DNA from: an uncultured Erysipelotrichaceae bacterium
GTDB lineage: Bacteria; Bacillota_I; Bacilli_A; RFN20; CAG-826
Assembly: GCA_902797855.1 (NCBI GenBank)
Contig: CADBUI010000001.1
Coordinates: 10,852 to 74,851 of the forward strand
Length of the DNA stretch: 64,000 bases
Direction of reading: 5' to 3'
Numbering within the stretch: position 1 is the first letter of the stretch; each line of letters starts with the position of its first letter. A model generated the notes under the pieces. It saw nothing but the letters and a program-made list of their open reading frames with translations. It was not told where the DNA came from and ran no database searches. A program made the translations under genes and the position numbers. This document shows positions 48,794-59,877 of the stretch, piece by piece.

Positions 48794-49429
48794 ATGTTAG
48801 AAGAAAAAGAAACTGTTTCAGTCGAAAATAAGCCTGAAGAAGCTAAAGGTCAATCTCCAAAAGAAGATAGACGTCCAAGAGGAGATCGCCCACACGGTGA
48901 TCGTCCAAGAGGCGACCGTAAAGGTCCACGCCGTCCACGTGCTGAAGAAGTCAAAGAATACGAAGAAGTCGTTGTTGAAATCAACCGTATCTCTAAAACC
49001 GTTAAAGGTGGTAGAAGAATGCGCTTCTCCGCTCTTGTTGTTATTGGTAACAAGAAGGGTAAATATGGCTTCGGTACTGGAAAAGCAGCTGAAGTCCCAG
49101 ATGCAATTAAGAAAGCTCTTGAAGCCGCTAAACGTAACACCTTCAATCTTCACATCGTTAAAGGTGGTACAATCGCTCACGAAGTGATTGGTAAATACGG
49201 CGCATGTAACGTTTTCTTAAAACCAGCACCAGAAGGTACTGGAATTATCGCCGGTGGTCCAGTTCGTGCTATTCTTGAACTCGCCGGTATTCGTAACGTT
49301 TATTCAAAAGTTTATGGTTCACGTGCACCAATTAACATTATTCGTGCAACTCAAAATGGCTTAGCAAGCTTAAAATCTTATGCTCAAGTTCAAGCCTTAA
49401 GAGCAAAACCAGAAACCGAAGAAAAATAA
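48794..49429 (+). CDS. rpsE: 30S ribosomal protein S5, with an N-terminal Arg/Pro/Gly/Asp-rich extension of about 54 aa
   Basis: The core [30 protein letters not shown] is preceded by ...[25 protein letters not shown]. Confidence 0.95.
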   Translation: MLEEKETVSVENKPEEAKGQSPKEDRRPRGDRPHGDRPRGDRKGPRRPRAEEVKEYEEVVVEINRISKTVKGGRRMRFSALVVIGNKKGKYGFGTGKAAEVPDAIKKALEAAKRNTFNLHIVKGGTIAHEVIGKYGACNVFLKPAPEGTGIIAGGPVRAILELAGIRNVYSKVYGSRAPINIIRATQNGLASLKSYAQVQALRAKPETEEK

Positions 49430-49448
49430 TTGCTGGAGGTAAATTTAA

Positions 49449-49889
49449 ATGAAACTTAATGAACTTAAACATGCCGAAGGCGCAAAGACTCCACGCTACC
49501 GCAAAGGTCGTGGTTTAGGAACCGGTAATGGTAAGAACGCTGGTAGTGGTAACAAAGGCCAAAATTCACGTACTGGTGGCGGTGTCCGTCCAGGATTTGA
49601 AGGTGGTCAAAACCCATTATATAGAAGACTTCCAAAATTCGGTTTCTATAATGGTGGACGCGTTAGCTACGCAATTGTTAACCTCTCAAGCTTAAATGCT
49701 TTTGAAGATGGTACAGTTGTTACTCCAACCTTATTAATCGAAAAAGGATTAGTTAAAAAAGAACTTGATGGTGTTAAAATTTTAGGTAATGGCTCATTAA
49801 CTAAAAAGTTAACTGTTAAAGCTAGCAAGTTCTCTAAGAGCGCAGAAAAGGCTATCGTAGAAGCCGGTGGCAAAGTCGAGGTAATCTAA
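49449..49889 (+). CDS. rplO: 50S ribosomal protein L15
   Basis: [38 protein letters not shown]. Confidence 0.97.
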   Translation: MKLNELKHAEGAKTPRYRKGRGLGTGNGKNAGSGNKGQNSRTGGGVRPGFEGGQNPLYRRLPKFGFYNGGRVSYAIVNLSSLNAFEDGTVVTPTLLIEKGLVKKELDGVKILGNGSLTKKLTVKASKFSKSAEKAIVEAGGKVEVI

Positions 49890-49891
49890 GA

Positions 49892-51259
49892 ATGCATAAA
49901 ATCGCCTCTATCTTCAAGAATAAGGAAATTGTCAATCGTATTTTCTTTACGATTATGATTCTTCTTGTCATTCGTATAGGTGCGGCGATCACAGTTCCGG
50001 GCGTTACAGTCTCAGATCAATTATCTAACGCCCTTACGAATGCCAACGCAGTGGCTCTTATGGACCTCATTGGTGGTGGAGCGCTTCAAAACTTCTCCAT
50101 CTTTGCATTAGGTGTTTCTCCATATATCACTGCTCAGATTATCATTCAACTTCTCCAAAAAGATGTATTACCAGCTTTAACTGAATTATCTAAACAAGGT
50201 CAATACGGTCGAAAGAAAACCGAAATGGCCACTAGATACTTGACTCTTATGTTAGGTGCAGTTCAAGCCTATGGTATCATCAAAACGATGGAAAATAGTG
50301 AATATATCACTATTAACTTAGAAACAGGTAGTTTCTGGACATATGCCTACATAATCACAATTATGTTAGCAGGCTCAATGCTTGTTATGTGGCTTGGTGA
50401 CCAAATTACCGAAAAAGGACTTGGCAATGGTATTTCCGTTGTCATCTTCGCAGGTATTGTTCGTAGCTTACCACTACAAATTAGTGGTGCTTATAAGATG
50501 TGGGTCGGCGACGTTTATAAAGAGACTCCAGAACTCATCAAAGGTGGGTTCCAATTCGCTTTATATCTCTTAGCCTTCCTCCTCATCTTCGCCTTCGTTG
50601 TCTTTATTGAACTAGCGAAGAGAAAAATACCTGTTCAACATAGTGGAAAGAGCGGACAAACTCAATCTATGGCAAAAGCCAGCTTCCTTCCAATTAAAGT
50701 TAACTCTGCTGGAGTTATTCCAGTCATCTTCGCTTCATCCATTTTGACAGTTCCATCTGTCATCGCTAGCTTCATCTCTAGTGATGCGGCTAGTGCAGGA
50801 TGGCTCAAGATCTTCTCTTATAGTGAACTATATGAGATGCCAGGAGTTAATGGAGGAGTGTGGTACATGCCTTGGGGACTATTAATTTATATTACCTTAG
50901 TCGTCATGTTTGCCTTCTTCTATGCTTCGATTCAAATTTCTCCTGAAACACTTGCGGAAAACTTCCGTAAGAACGGTTCATATATTCCTGGTATTCGTCC
51001 AGGTAACGAAACCGAAAGATATGTTAGAAAAGTCGTTAACCGCGTGACATGCATTGGCGCAATTGCCTTAGCATTCATCGCTGCCTTACCTCTTGTTCTA
51101 ACAATCTCAGGAATCTTCGGTGAGAATAAATCACTCGCTATCGGCGGAACTGGTTTAATCATCGCAGTTGGTGTTTCTCTAGAAATTATGAATCAAATCG
51201 ATGGGCTACTTGCTGGTAAAACTTTCGACGAAGTTCAAGCAACAGCCGGAAGGGAATAA
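49892..51259 (+). CDS. secY: Preprotein translocase subunit SecY
   Basis: Ten hydrophobic segments. IFALGVSPYITAQIIIQLL. Conserved position after rplO. Confidence 0.97.
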   Translation: MHKIASIFKNKEIVNRIFFTIMILLVIRIGAAITVPGVTVSDQLSNALTNANAVALMDLIGGGALQNFSIFALGVSPYITAQIIIQLLQKDVLPALTELSKQGQYGRKKTEMATRYLTLMLGAVQAYGIIKTMENSEYITINLETGSFWTYAYIITIMLAGSMLVMWLGDQITEKGLGNGISVVIFAGIVRSLPLQISGAYKMWVGDVYKETPELIKGGFQFALYLLAFLLIFAFVVFIELAKRKIPVQHSGKSGQTQSMAKASFLPIKVNSAGVIPVIFASSILTVPSVIASFISSDAASAGWLKIFSYSELYEMPGVNGGVWYMPWGLLIYITLVVMFAFFYASIQISPETLAENFRKNGSYIPGIRPGNETERYVRKVVNRVTCIGAIALAFIAALPLVLTISGIFGENKSLAIGGTGLIIAVGVSLEIMNQIDGLLAGKTFDEVQATAGRE

Positions 51260-51265
51260 ATAATA

Positions 51266-51919
51266 ATGATGAACATAATTCTCATGGGCCCTCCAGGTGC
51301 AGGTAAAGGCACTCAAGCAAAGCTCATTATCGCTGAACATAATCTCCCACATATTTCTACAGGTGATATGTTTAGAGAAGCAATCAAAAATCAAACACCA
51401 TTAGGTGTGATTGCTGCAAAGTTTATTAATGATGGACACTTAGTCCCAGATGACGTCACCATCGGACTTGTAAGAGAAAGACTTTCTCAAGACGATTGTG
51501 CGAAAGGATTCATCCTTGATGGGTTCCCACGTACAATTCCTCAAGCAGAAGCTCTCGATACACTTACAAAAGAGATTGGTCGACCAATTTCTTCAGTCAT
51601 TAACATCGACACTCCACGCGAAATGCTTTTTGAGCGTATCGGTGGACGTAGAGTATGTAAAGTCTGTGGAGCTCCATATCATATCGTAACCCGTAAACCT
51701 AAAGTTGAAGGTGTGTGCGATAAATGTGGTGGAGAACTTATTCAAAGAAAAGATGATAATGAAGAAGCACTTGCCACCAGACTAGATATCTACATTAAAG
51801 ATACCGCTCCAATTCTTGACTATTATGAGAAGAAAGGATTACTCCACACTCTCGATGGCACAATTGGTGCAGATAATTTAATGAAAGAAATCGATAAGAT
51901 TTTGGAGGCTACTAAGTGA
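51266..51919 (+). CDS. adk: Adenylate kinase (zinc-lid type)
   Basis: P-loop GPPGAGKGTQ and lid CKVCGAPYH...CDKCGG. Confidence 0.97.
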   Translation: MMNIILMGPPGAGKGTQAKLIIAEHNLPHISTGDMFREAIKNQTPLGVIAAKFINDGHLVPDDVTIGLVRERLSQDDCAKGFILDGFPRTIPQAEALDTLTKEIGRPISSVINIDTPREMLFERIGGRRVCKVCGAPYHIVTRKPKVEGVCDKCGGELIQRKDDNEEALATRLDIYIKDTAPILDYYEKKGLLHTLDGTIGADNLMKEIDKILEATK

Positions 51920-52686
51920 TAGTCATTAAGACTCCACGCGAACAAGATTTAATGAGAAAGGCTGGGCACATAGTCGCCCTTGTCTTCAAGGAATTAAAAG
52001 ATTATATCAAACCTGGCCTTTCCACATTAGATGTCGCAAATATGTGCGAAAAAATTATTCGCTCAAATGGGGCATATCCTACTTTCCTAGGAATGTATGA
52101 TTTCCCTGGTAGTGTCTGCATTAGTGTTAACGAAGAAGTCGTTCATGGAATCCCATCTAAACATAGGATCCTCCGTGAAGGTGACATCGTTAGCGTAGAT
52201 GTAGGCGCCACACTTAACGGATATATCGGTGATGCGTGCCGCACATATTTTGTTGGAACTGTTACTGAAAACGCAAGAAGACTAGTAACAGTGACCGAAG
52301 AAAGTTTCTGGGATGCAGTGAATAAGTTCGCTCATCCAGGAGCTAGACTTGGAGACATAAGTCACGCCATTCAGGAATACTGCGAATCTCGTGGTTATTC
52401 TATTATTCGTGAATATACTGGCCACGGAGTTGGTTCAAAACTTCACGAAGATCCATATATTCCAAATTATGGAGAAAGTGGAACTGGCCCAGTTCTAAAA
52501 GAGGGTATGTGCCTTGCTATCGAACCAATGGTAGCAGAAGGACATCATGCAATCCGCGTCGGTAAAGACGGTTGGGTTGCAAGAATGAAAGATGGCAAAT
52601 TATCAAGCCATTATGAAAATTCAATTCTCATTACCAAGGACGGATATGAAGTCCTGACAATGCTAAAGGAGGATCATCATGGCTAA
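51916..52686 (+). CDS. map: Methionine aminopeptidase type I
   Basis: [25 protein letters not shown] and AIEPM metal ligand contexts. GTG start overlapping the adk stop. Confidence 0.93.
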   Translation: MIVIKTPREQDLMRKAGHIVALVFKELKDYIKPGLSTLDVANMCEKIIRSNGAYPTFLGMYDFPGSVCISVNEEVVHGIPSKHRILREGDIVSVDVGATLNGYIGDACRTYFVGTVTENARRLVTVTEESFWDAVNKFAHPGARLGDISHAIQEYCESRGYSIIREYTGHGVGSKLHEDPYIPNYGESGTGPVLKEGMCLAIEPMVAEGHHAIRVGKDGWVARMKDGKLSSHYENSILITKDGYEVLTMLKEDHHG

Positions 52687-52900
52687 AGATGGAGTCATCG
52701 AGGTAGAGGCAACAGTAGTTGAAGCATTACCTAACACGATGTTTAGGGTAAAGCTTGAAAACGGAGTCATAATTCTCGCCCACGTTTCTGGTAAAATCCG
52801 CATGCATTACATTCGCATCTTACCAGGCGATAGAGTTATGGTTGAAATCTCGCCTTACGATTTAACACGTGGGCGTATCACATTTAGATACAAAAATTAA
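52679..52900 (+). CDS. infA: Translation initiation factor IF-1
   Basis: [29 protein letters not shown]...GRITFRYK. Confidence 0.97.
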   Translation: MAKDGVIEVEATVVEALPNTMFRVKLENGVIILAHVSGKIRMHYIRILPGDRVMVEISPYDLTRGRITFRYKN

Positions 52901-52929
52901 AGTAGCATAGCTACAGGAGGAAAATATTT

Positions 52930-53043
52930 ATGAAAGTACGTCCCTCAGTCAAACCTATGTGTGAAAAGTGCAAGGTAATCAAACGCCATGGCAAGGTCAT
53001 GGTCATTTGTGAAAATCCAAAGCACAAACAAAGACAAGGTTAA
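52930..53043 (+). CDS. rpmJ: 50S ribosomal protein L36 (37 aa, absent from the ORF track)
   Basis: Hand translation gives [45 protein letters not shown] upstream. Confidence 0.95.
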   Translation: MKVRPSVKPMCEKCKVIKRHGKVMVICENPKHKQRQG

Positions 53044-53062
53044 TTATAGGAGGAAATAATCA

Positions 53063-53440
53063 ATGGCACGTATTGTTGGAGTTGATATTCCAAATGAGAA
53101 GCGTGTTGTTATCTCCCTTACCTACATTTATGGTATCGGTCACACAACCGCTCATAAAATTTGTCAAGCAGCCAAAGTTGATGAAGATATTCGCGTTAAG
53201 AACTTAACCGAAGAACAACTCGCTGCTATTCGTCAACAAATTACAAAATTCAAAGTTGAAGGTGATTTACGTCGTGAAGTCGCTCTCAACATCAAACGTT
53301 TACAAGAAATTGGATGCTATAGAGGTATTAGACATCGTAAAGGTTTACCAGTTCGTGGACAACGCACTCGTACAAATGCTCGTACAAGGAAAGGTAAACG
53401 TAAAACAATTGCTAATAAGAAAGTAGCAACCCAAGGTTAA
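53063..53440 (+). CDS. rpsM: 30S ribosomal protein S13
   Basis: [26 protein letters not shown]. Confidence 0.98.
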   Translation: MARIVGVDIPNEKRVVISLTYIYGIGHTTAHKICQAAKVDEDIRVKNLTEEQLAAIRQQITKFKVEGDLRREVALNIKRLQEIGCYRGIRHRKGLPVRGQRTRTNARTRKGKRKTIANKKVATQG

Positions 53441-53457
53441 TGAAAGGAGCGTAAGTT

Positions 53458-53847
53458 ATGGCAACCAAAACCACATCACGTAAGAAAAAAGTAAAACGTG
53501 CATTTACGAAAGGTACTGCTCATATCCACAGCACCTTCAATAACACAATCGTTACCATCTCTGATGATCAAGGTAACGTAATCGCATGGTCAAGCGCTGG
53601 CGCACTCGGCTTCAAAGGTGCTAAGAAATCTACACCATTTGCCGCTCAACTCGCTGGTGAAGCAGCTGCTAAAGTTGCTTTTGATCAAGGTTTACGTAGC
53701 GTTGACGTCAACGTTAAAGGACCTGGTCCAGGTCGTGAAGGCGCAATCCGCGCTTTAGCAAGTGCTGGACTTCAAGTATTATCAATCACTGATACTACAC
53801 CAGTCCCACATAACGGATGCCGTCCACCAAAACGTCCACGCGGTTAA
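53458..53847 (+). CDS. rpsK: 30S ribosomal protein S11
   Basis: [18 protein letters not shown]...[19 protein letters not shown]. Confidence 0.98.
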   Translation: MATKTTSRKKKVKRAFTKGTAHIHSTFNNTIVTISDDQGNVIAWSSAGALGFKGAKKSTPFAAQLAGEAAAKVAFDQGLRSVDVNVKGPGPGREGAIRALASAGLQVLSITDTTPVPHNGCRPPKRPRG

Positions 53848-53864
53848 TTAGGGAGGAAATATAC

Positions 53865-54857
53865 ATGGCTAATCTTGCAAAACCATTCCAACGTGCAACA
53901 TTCAAAGTTGCAAAAATTGTTGAAAAAGACAATTATGGTAAATTTGTCATTTCCCCACTTGAAAGAGGCTATGGCTTAACCATCGGTAACTCACTTCGTA
54001 GAGTTCTTCTTGCTAGCCTTCCAGGCGCAAGCATCTACGCAATTGAAATCGAAGGTGCTCGTCATGAATTCAGCGCTCTTCCAGGAATCGTTGAAGACGT
54101 TACAGCAATTATCTTAAATCTCAAGGGACTCGTCCTTCGCATTGATGATGAAGATAATGAACCAAAACGCTTAGAAATTAATGTTAAAGGACCAAAGACT
54201 GTCACCGCTGGTGATATCGTAGTTCCAGGTCTTGTTAGCGTTATTAACCCAGAACTTGAAATCGCTCACGTTGCAGAAGGTGGAGAACTCCACATGACTC
54301 TCTACGCCAGAAATGGTCGTGGTTATGTCACTTCTGAAATGAATAAACCAGATAGAAAGACCCAAAAAGAAAAAGGACTTTCCACCATTGGTTTAATCGC
54401 TACCGATTCAAACTATTCACCAGTTGTCCGCGCAAGCTACACTGTTGAACCAGACCGTGTCGGTCACGATTCAAGATTCGACAAACTCACTCTTGAAGTT
54501 GAAACAAATGGTTCTATGAATCCACAAACAGCAGTCGCTTTAGCAGCTGAAATGCTCATTGTGAATCTTCAACCATTCACTGAACTTGAAAGAGCAGTTG
54601 AAGAAATCAACATGATCAAAGAAGAAGTTCCTGTTGTTGAAAACAAACTCGAAAATATGCCAATCGAAGAACTCGACTTATCAGTTCGTAGTAATAACTG
54701 CTTAAGAAGAGCTAACATCTTGACTGTTTCTGAGTTAACTCAAAAGACCGAAGAAGAAATGATGAAAGTCAAAAATCTCGGTAAAAAATCACTTAAGGAA
54801 ATCAAGGAAAAACTTGCCGCTAACGGTTTATCTTTCCATGATTATGTTCCGGAATAG
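53865..54857 (+). CDS. rpoA: DNA-directed RNA polymerase alpha subunit
   Basis: YGKFVISPLERGYGLTIGNSLRRVLLASLPGA and the C-terminal domain ELDLSVRSNNCLRRANI. The ATG at 53865 follows GGGAGG. The ORF-track start at 53817 lies inside rpsK. Confidence 0.96.
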   Translation: MANLAKPFQRATFKVAKIVEKDNYGKFVISPLERGYGLTIGNSLRRVLLASLPGASIYAIEIEGARHEFSALPGIVEDVTAIILNLKGLVLRIDDEDNEPKRLEINVKGPKTVTAGDIVVPGLVSVINPELEIAHVAEGGELHMTLYARNGRGYVTSEMNKPDRKTQKEKGLSTIGLIATDSNYSPVVRASYTVEPDRVGHDSRFDKLTLEVETNGSMNPQTAVALAAEMLIVNLQPFTELERAVEEINMIKEEVPVVENKLENMPIEELDLSVRSNNCLRRANILTVSELTQKTEEEMMKVKNLGKKSLKEIKEKLAANGLSFHDYVPE

Positions 54858-54866
54858 GAGGATACT

Positions 54867-55262
54867 ATGGCAGCACAAGGACGTAAAAATGTTCATGGTA
54901 AGGCCGGCGTTCGCTTCAAAGCCGGATATACCAAATCCAAACACGAAAACAAATTAAGAACACTCGCAACTGACCTAGTCAAATTTGAAAGAGTCACAGT
55001 TACAAGTGGTATGGTTAAAGAACTTAAAAGCTTAACCGATCACCTCATTACTTTAGGTAAACGTGGTGATTTACACGCTCGTAGACAAGCAGCCGCTGTT
55101 GTTAGAGGTGCTAGAAGCGAAGATAATTCCGCTTTAGACAAACTCTTTGGCGAACTCGCTAAACGCTACGAAAGCCGCAAGGGTGGTTACACCCGTGCCT
55201 TAAAAGCCGGCTTCCGTCGTGGTGACAATGCTCAACTTGTTATCGTTGAATTCGTTAAATAA
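54867..55262 (+). CDS. rplQ: 50S ribosomal protein L17
   Basis: Conserved position. ...LITLGKRGDLHARRQA...GGYTR. Confidence 0.96.
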   Translation: MAAQGRKNVHGKAGVRFKAGYTKSKHENKLRTLATDLVKFERVTVTSGMVKELKSLTDHLITLGKRGDLHARRQAAAVVRGARSEDNSALDKLFGELAKRYESRKGGYTRALKAGFRRGDNAQLVIVEFVK

Positions 55263-55274
55263 TTAATTTTTATC

Positions 55275-55309
55275 AAAACCTTGCATCTTTGTTTTGCGAG
55301 GTTTTTTTC
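55275..55309 (+). terminator. Rho-independent terminator of the alpha operon
   Basis: Stem AACCTTGCA / TGCGAGGTT (one G-U pair) with an 8-nt loop, followed by TTTTTTT. Confidence 0.75.
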
Positions 55310-55332
55310 TTAAAACTTTGTATAATAAGGGT

Positions 55333-55647
55333 ATGAAATTCCTTATATTAATTATTTCATCACTTTTATTGTTATTTACTAATTTTGGTGTTACTTCATT
55401 TTCTCCAGATACAAATGTATTGGATAATCAATGTTTATCAGAAAAAACAACGTTGAATAAAAAATACAAAAAAGCGCTTGAGAATGAGCAGCCTTATATA
55501 TTGCCAAATGAATATGGTAATTTAAATGTTTCAAATGTCGATCAAAACAATAATATTATTACCGACCCATACCTTTGTGCACTTCCCCAAAATATTTGCT
55601 TTGTAAGATATTATGCTATTTCACCATGGGGTAATTTCTATGCATAA
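55333..55647 (+). CDS. Small secreted protein, function unknown
   Basis: The ATG at 55333 gives the signal-peptide-like N-terminus MKFLILIISSLLLLFTNFGVTSF. TATAAT lies at 55321-55326, 6 nt upstream. Confidence 0.5.
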   Translation: MKFLILIISSLLLLFTNFGVTSFSPDTNVLDNQCLSEKTTLNKKYKKALENEQPYILPNEYGNLNVSNVDQNNNIITDPYLCALPQNICFVRYYAISPWGNFYA

Positions 55648-56077
55648 AAGAATGACTCTAATACATTTGATAACTTTAACTTGTCTATTTTCGGGTTGCT
55701 ATTCTAAATCTGATTTTAATTTTTACAGAAAAATACTCCTACCTGACGATAATCTTTCCGTAATATATCCTATCTATTGCTGTGCAAAAAACGAAAATGG
55801 AAGCTGGGAATGTGTACTTGAAAAAAACTCAGGTGGTTGGGCTTGGGGCCAAGATTCATCAAAATTAATTACCTATCCAAAATTATCTTTAAATGATGCT
55901 TTTGATATTGTTCGAGATATTGGTTCTGGTAAAGATATTAATGCTACTGTATCTTTGTTTCCTACACTTTATTCTACTGTCACAAATGTAGAACAATTAA
56001 GTTTTCAAGAAAGTCACAAAGAAGAATACAATTATTTGGTTGATTATTTTAAGTTAGATTTACCTAAATACAATTAA
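55640..56077 (+). CDS. Small lipoprotein, function unknown
   Basis: The ATG at 55640 gives MHKRMTLIHLITLTCLFSGC (lipobox FSGC). Overlaps the upstream ORF by 8 nt. Confidence 0.55.
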   Translation: MHKRMTLIHLITLTCLFSGCYSKSDFNFYRKILLPDDNLSVIYPIYCCAKNENGSWECVLEKNSGGWAWGQDSSKLITYPKLSLNDAFDIVRDIGSGKDINATVSLFPTLYSTVTNVEQLSFQESHKEEYNYLVDYFKLDLPKYN

Positions 56078-56161
56078 CTTTTTTATATCAAATGCATATT
56101 ATTTAGAGTCCCAAAATATATTTTTTATATATTTATAAAATGTGCTATATTATTTATCGCT

Positions 56162-56758
56162 ATGAATGAGAAAAATTTAGTTAGAAAAATTACTGGTATA
56201 GGTATTCTTACCGCCTTAACAATCATCCTTCAAATTGTCGCGAATGTTCTTCCGACAGGAACATTATCAATTTCGTTAACACTTTTCCCAATTGCCTTAT
56301 GCGCAGTGCTTTATGGTCCACTTGCAGGATTATTCCTTGGAATGGTTGAAGGTTTAATGGTTCTTTTATCAACTGGAACTGAATTCTTTTTAGCCTATAA
56401 TCCAGTCGCAACTGTCATTATGTGTTTACTTAAAACAGGTCTAGCTGGACTAGCGGCAGGATTTATCATGATGCCACTAAAAAAGAAACATCCTTTAATT
56501 GGCTCTATTTTAGCCTCTTTTAGCGTTCCTATTATAAATACAGGATTATTTATCCTTGGAACCTTCTTTATCTTCTCAGGTGCGTTTAATTATTCTATAA
56601 GCGGAGACTATTTTGTCTTTATTCTTGTTGGTTTAATCGGAGTGAACTTCTTTATTGAACTAGCAATTAATGGATTTTTGTCTCCTGCCCTTTACCGCAT
56701 CTATCAAATTGTCACAACCAAGATGAATGTTGGTGCAAGTAAAGAAAAAGAAGAATAA
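56162..56758 (+). CDS. ECF-transporter S-component-like membrane protein, substrate unknown
   Basis: The N-terminus MNEKNLVRKITGIGILTALTIILQIV and about six hydrophobic helices resemble ECF substrate-binding components. No riboswitch-sized leader. Confidence 0.5.
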   Translation: MNEKNLVRKITGIGILTALTIILQIVANVLPTGTLSISLTLFPIALCAVLYGPLAGLFLGMVEGLMVLLSTGTEFFLAYNPVATVIMCLLKTGLAGLAAGFIMMPLKKKHPLIGSILASFSVPIINTGLFILGTFFIFSGAFNYSISGDYFVFILVGLIGVNFFIELAINGFLSPALYRIYQIVTTKMNVGASKEKEE

Positions 56759-56776
56759 ATTGTTTATATTATAGAT

Positions 56777-57289
56777 ATGAGATATTTTGTGCTAGGCGCT
56801 CCAGAGATAACTTTAATAGCAGTCGGATCTGCTATCGTTTTAGCGCTTATCTTTTTTATTATTATCTTTGCTTCCATCAAAGGAAAAATTAAATCATTAA
56901 GTAAAAAAACTGATGAATGTGCTTATGAACTTTTTAAAGCTCTTAATGCTCGTCATGAACTTCTTAAAGAACTCACAAGTAGAAAAGATTCGCTTAAAAA
57001 ATATGAAGAAGAAGTTAATCAAATCAATGTCCCAGTAGCGGTGTCTTCAATTGATGAAAAAAACGCTTACTATAATTCACTTATAAAATATGATGAATTT
57101 GACCAAATCAGTGCGGAAGCTCAAATCGAGATTCACGCAAGCGATGATTTGATTAATGAATTAATCGATAAATATAATTCACTCGCTGATTCATTTAATA
57201 AAGAGATTTCATCTTGGCCATCAAGTATGATTGCAAAAACTTATGGCTATGGACATAAAGTAAAATTTCTAAAAAATTCCCAAAAATAA
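56777..57289 (+). CDS. LemA-like membrane-anchored protein
   Basis: Single N-terminal TM helix, helical remainder, and C-terminal FNKEISSWPSSMIAKTYGY resembling the LemA YN..I..FP...A..FG motif. Confidence 0.5.
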   Translation: MRYFVLGAPEITLIAVGSAIVLALIFFIIIFASIKGKIKSLSKKTDECAYELFKALNARHELLKELTSRKDSLKKYEEEVNQINVPVAVSSIDEKNAYYNSLIKYDEFDQISAEAQIEIHASDDLINELIDKYNSLADSFNKEISSWPSSMIAKTYGYGHKVKFLKNSQK

Positions 57290-57378
57290 CGTCTTTTTGA
57301 GCATAAAAGCCCATATTTTTAAAAATATATTTAAATTATTGATTCTTTTGCTAAACTATTAGTGAAAGGATTTTTCAT

Positions 57379-58614
57379 ATGGATTCAAAATATTTGAAAG
57401 AACTCGAAGAAGGGTTATCTCCTTTAACCGTCTGCGAAGAAGCAAGTAGATGTTTACTTTGTTTAGATGCCCCTTGTTCAAAAGCTTGTCCAGCTGGTAC
57501 TAACCCGGACAAATTCATCCGTTCTGTTAGATTCCGTAACTTCAAAGGTGCTGCGGAAACAATTCGTGAGAACAATGCCCTTGGTGCAATCTGTGCTCGC
57601 GTTTGCCCAACAGAAAAATATTGTCAAAAAGGATGCTCAAGAAGCGGTATTGATCGCCCAATTGATATTGGTCGTATCCAACGCTATGTAACAGACTATG
57701 AAGAAAGCTTAAAGATGCAAATTCTTAAAGCTGGAAAAGAAAACGGTAAATCAGTTGGTATCGTTGGTAGTGGTCCAGCAAGTTTACAAGCCGCTGTTAC
57801 ACTTAGAAAATTAGGTTATAAAGTTAAAGTTTACGAAAAAGAAAAAGTTCTTGGTGGTATGCTTCGCTATATCCCAGAATATCGTTTACCAAATCATATC
57901 GTTGATTTAGAAATTAAACGCATTAAAGGTTTAGGCGTTGAATTTGTTACTGGCTGCGAAGTTGGTAAATCACTTTCAGTTGCCGAACTTAAGAAAGCTC
58001 ATGATGCAGTGATTCTTGCAGTTGGCTATTCTTATGGAAAGATGCTTCCAATGTTTGAAAACAATAGAAGCGTCATGCTTGCAGTTGATTTCTTAAAGAA
58101 AGTTAAAGCCAAAAAAGGTAATGTCAAAGTTCCTGAAAACGTACTTGTTGTCGGTGGTGGTGACGTCGCAATGGACGCTGTCACAACACTTAAACTTTTA
58201 GGTGTCCCACATGTCACTGATGTTGTCTATGAACAATTTAGTGAATTCAAAGCAAGTAAGAAAGAACTCAGTAACGCTCAAGCTCTTGGCGTAACCATTA
58301 TGGATGGATATGTTCCAGATAAAGTTAGAGGTAAAACTGTTACCTTCACTCATAGAGAAATTCCAGGCTTAGTGAAAATCAAAGCCGATAAGATTATTCT
58401 CGCTGTTGGACAACGTCCAGATGTTGAAGGTTTAGGTATCGAACTTGTTAAAGGTGAAGTTAACACTGGTAAAGACTATCTCACCAAAGATCCAAAAGTC
58501 TTTGTGGCTGGTGATATCGCTCACTCTAAATTTGATAAGACAGTTGTCGGTTGTGTCCGCACTGGTAAGGAAGTTGCTTTAGCAGTTGATGAAGCACTTA
58601 GGAGGGCAAAATAA
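57379..58614 (+). CDS. preT: NAD-dependent dihydropyrimidine dehydrogenase subunit PreT (GltD-like)
   Basis: [14 protein letters not shown] and [11 protein letters not shown] Fe-S motifs, plus dinucleotide folds VGIVGSGPA and [10 protein letters not shown]. Confidence 0.85.
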   Translation: MDSKYLKELEEGLSPLTVCEEASRCLLCLDAPCSKACPAGTNPDKFIRSVRFRNFKGAAETIRENNALGAICARVCPTEKYCQKGCSRSGIDRPIDIGRIQRYVTDYEESLKMQILKAGKENGKSVGIVGSGPASLQAAVTLRKLGYKVKVYEKEKVLGGMLRYIPEYRLPNHIVDLEIKRIKGLGVEFVTGCEVGKSLSVAELKKAHDAVILAVGYSYGKMLPMFENNRSVMLAVDFLKKVKAKKGNVKVPENVLVVGGGDVAMDAVTTLKLLGVPHVTDVVYEQFSEFKASKKELSNAQALGVTIMDGYVPDKVRGKTVTFTHREIPGLVKIKADKIILAVGQRPDVEGLGIELVKGEVNTGKDYLTKDPKVFVAGDIAHSKFDKTVVGCVRTGKEVALAVDEALRRAK

Positions 58615-59861
58615 TGATTAATAAAGATTTATCTGTCACATTCTTAGGTGTGAAATTCCCAAACCCATTCTGCTTATCATCTTCTCCAGTTGGTAACTGC
58701 TATGATATGTGTAAGAAAGCCTACGAAGTAGGTTGGGGTGGTGTCGTCTTTAAAACAATTGGACCAAAATCATATTTTATCGATGAAGTTTCACCTCGTT
58801 TCGATAAGCTTAATAAAGAAAACACTCCATTTGTTGGTTTTAAAAACATGGAGCAAATTGCTGAGCACACTCTTGAAGAAAACTTAAGAGACCTCAGAAA
58901 ACTTAAAAAAGAATTCCCAAATCAAGTCTTAATCGCTTCCATCATGGGTAATGATGAAAAGACATGGGAAGACCTTGCAAGAATGGTTGAAGAAGCCGGT
59001 GCAGATATGATTGAAATGAACCTCTCATGTCCACAGATGACTTCTCACGCTATGGGTAGTGATGTTGGTACTAACCCAGAACTTTGTAAGAAATATTGTC
59101 AAGCCGTTAAACGTGGAAGCAAACTTCCAATGATGGCTAAAATGACACCAAATATTACAGATATGGTTCCAGTTGCACTTGCCTGCTTAGAAGGTGGTGC
59201 AGATGGTATTGCTGCTATTAATACCATTAAATCCATTTGTAATATTGATTTAGATAAGAAGATTGGTTTACCAATCGTTGATGGAAAATCCGCTATTTCT
59301 GGTTATTCAGGAAAAGCTGTTAAACCTGTCGCCCTTCGTTTCATTCAACAAATGAGACAAGATCCAAGACTTAAAAATCTTGAAATCTCTGGTATCGGTG
59401 GAATTGAAACTTGGGAAGACGCTGCTGAATTCATTCTTGTTGGTGCTACAACTCTTCAAGTTACCACAGGTATTATGCAATATGGTTATCGTATCGTCGA
59501 AGATATGAAAAACGGTTTAATGCATTATATGGAAGAACAAAAAGTTGATTCTCTCCACGAACTTATTGGTTTAGCAAATAAGAACATTATTCCAGCTGAA
59601 AAACTCAATCGTGACTATGTTGTCCGTCCACAAATTGACCTCGATAAATGTGTTAAATGTGGTCGTTGCTACATCTCTTGTTATGATGGTGGTCACCAAG
59701 CTATTGAGTGGGATAAAGAAAAACGCACGCCAAGCTGCAACAAAGATAAATGTGTCGGTTGCTTGCTTTGTGGTCACGTTTGCCCAGTCGGCGCTATTAC
59801 TAAAGGTGAAGTTACACTTAAACCTGGACGTAAAGGTGACGTTAAAAAGATTAGACTTTAA
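58614..59861 (+). CDS. preA: NAD-dependent dihydropyrimidine dehydrogenase subunit PreA (DHODH-like TIM barrel plus 2x[4Fe-4S])
   Basis: NLSCPQM and GIGGI motifs. C-terminal [11 protein letters not shown] and [16 protein letters not shown] overlap with preT. Confidence 0.9.
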   Translation: MINKDLSVTFLGVKFPNPFCLSSSPVGNCYDMCKKAYEVGWGGVVFKTIGPKSYFIDEVSPRFDKLNKENTPFVGFKNMEQIAEHTLEENLRDLRKLKKEFPNQVLIASIMGNDEKTWEDLARMVEEAGADMIEMNLSCPQMTSHAMGSDVGTNPELCKKYCQAVKRGSKLPMMAKMTPNITDMVPVALACLEGGADGIAAINTIKSICNIDLDKKIGLPIVDGKSAISGYSGKAVKPVALRFIQQMRQDPRLKNLEISGIGGIETWEDAAEFILVGATTLQVTTGIMQYGYRIVEDMKNGLMHYMEEQKVDSLHELIGLANKNIIPAEKLNRDYVVRPQIDLDKCVKCGRCYISCYDGGHQAIEWDKEKRTPSCNKDKCVGCLLCGHVCPVGAITKGEVTLKPGRKGDVKKIRL

Positions 59862-59877
59862 TTTAAAGTTACAAATT

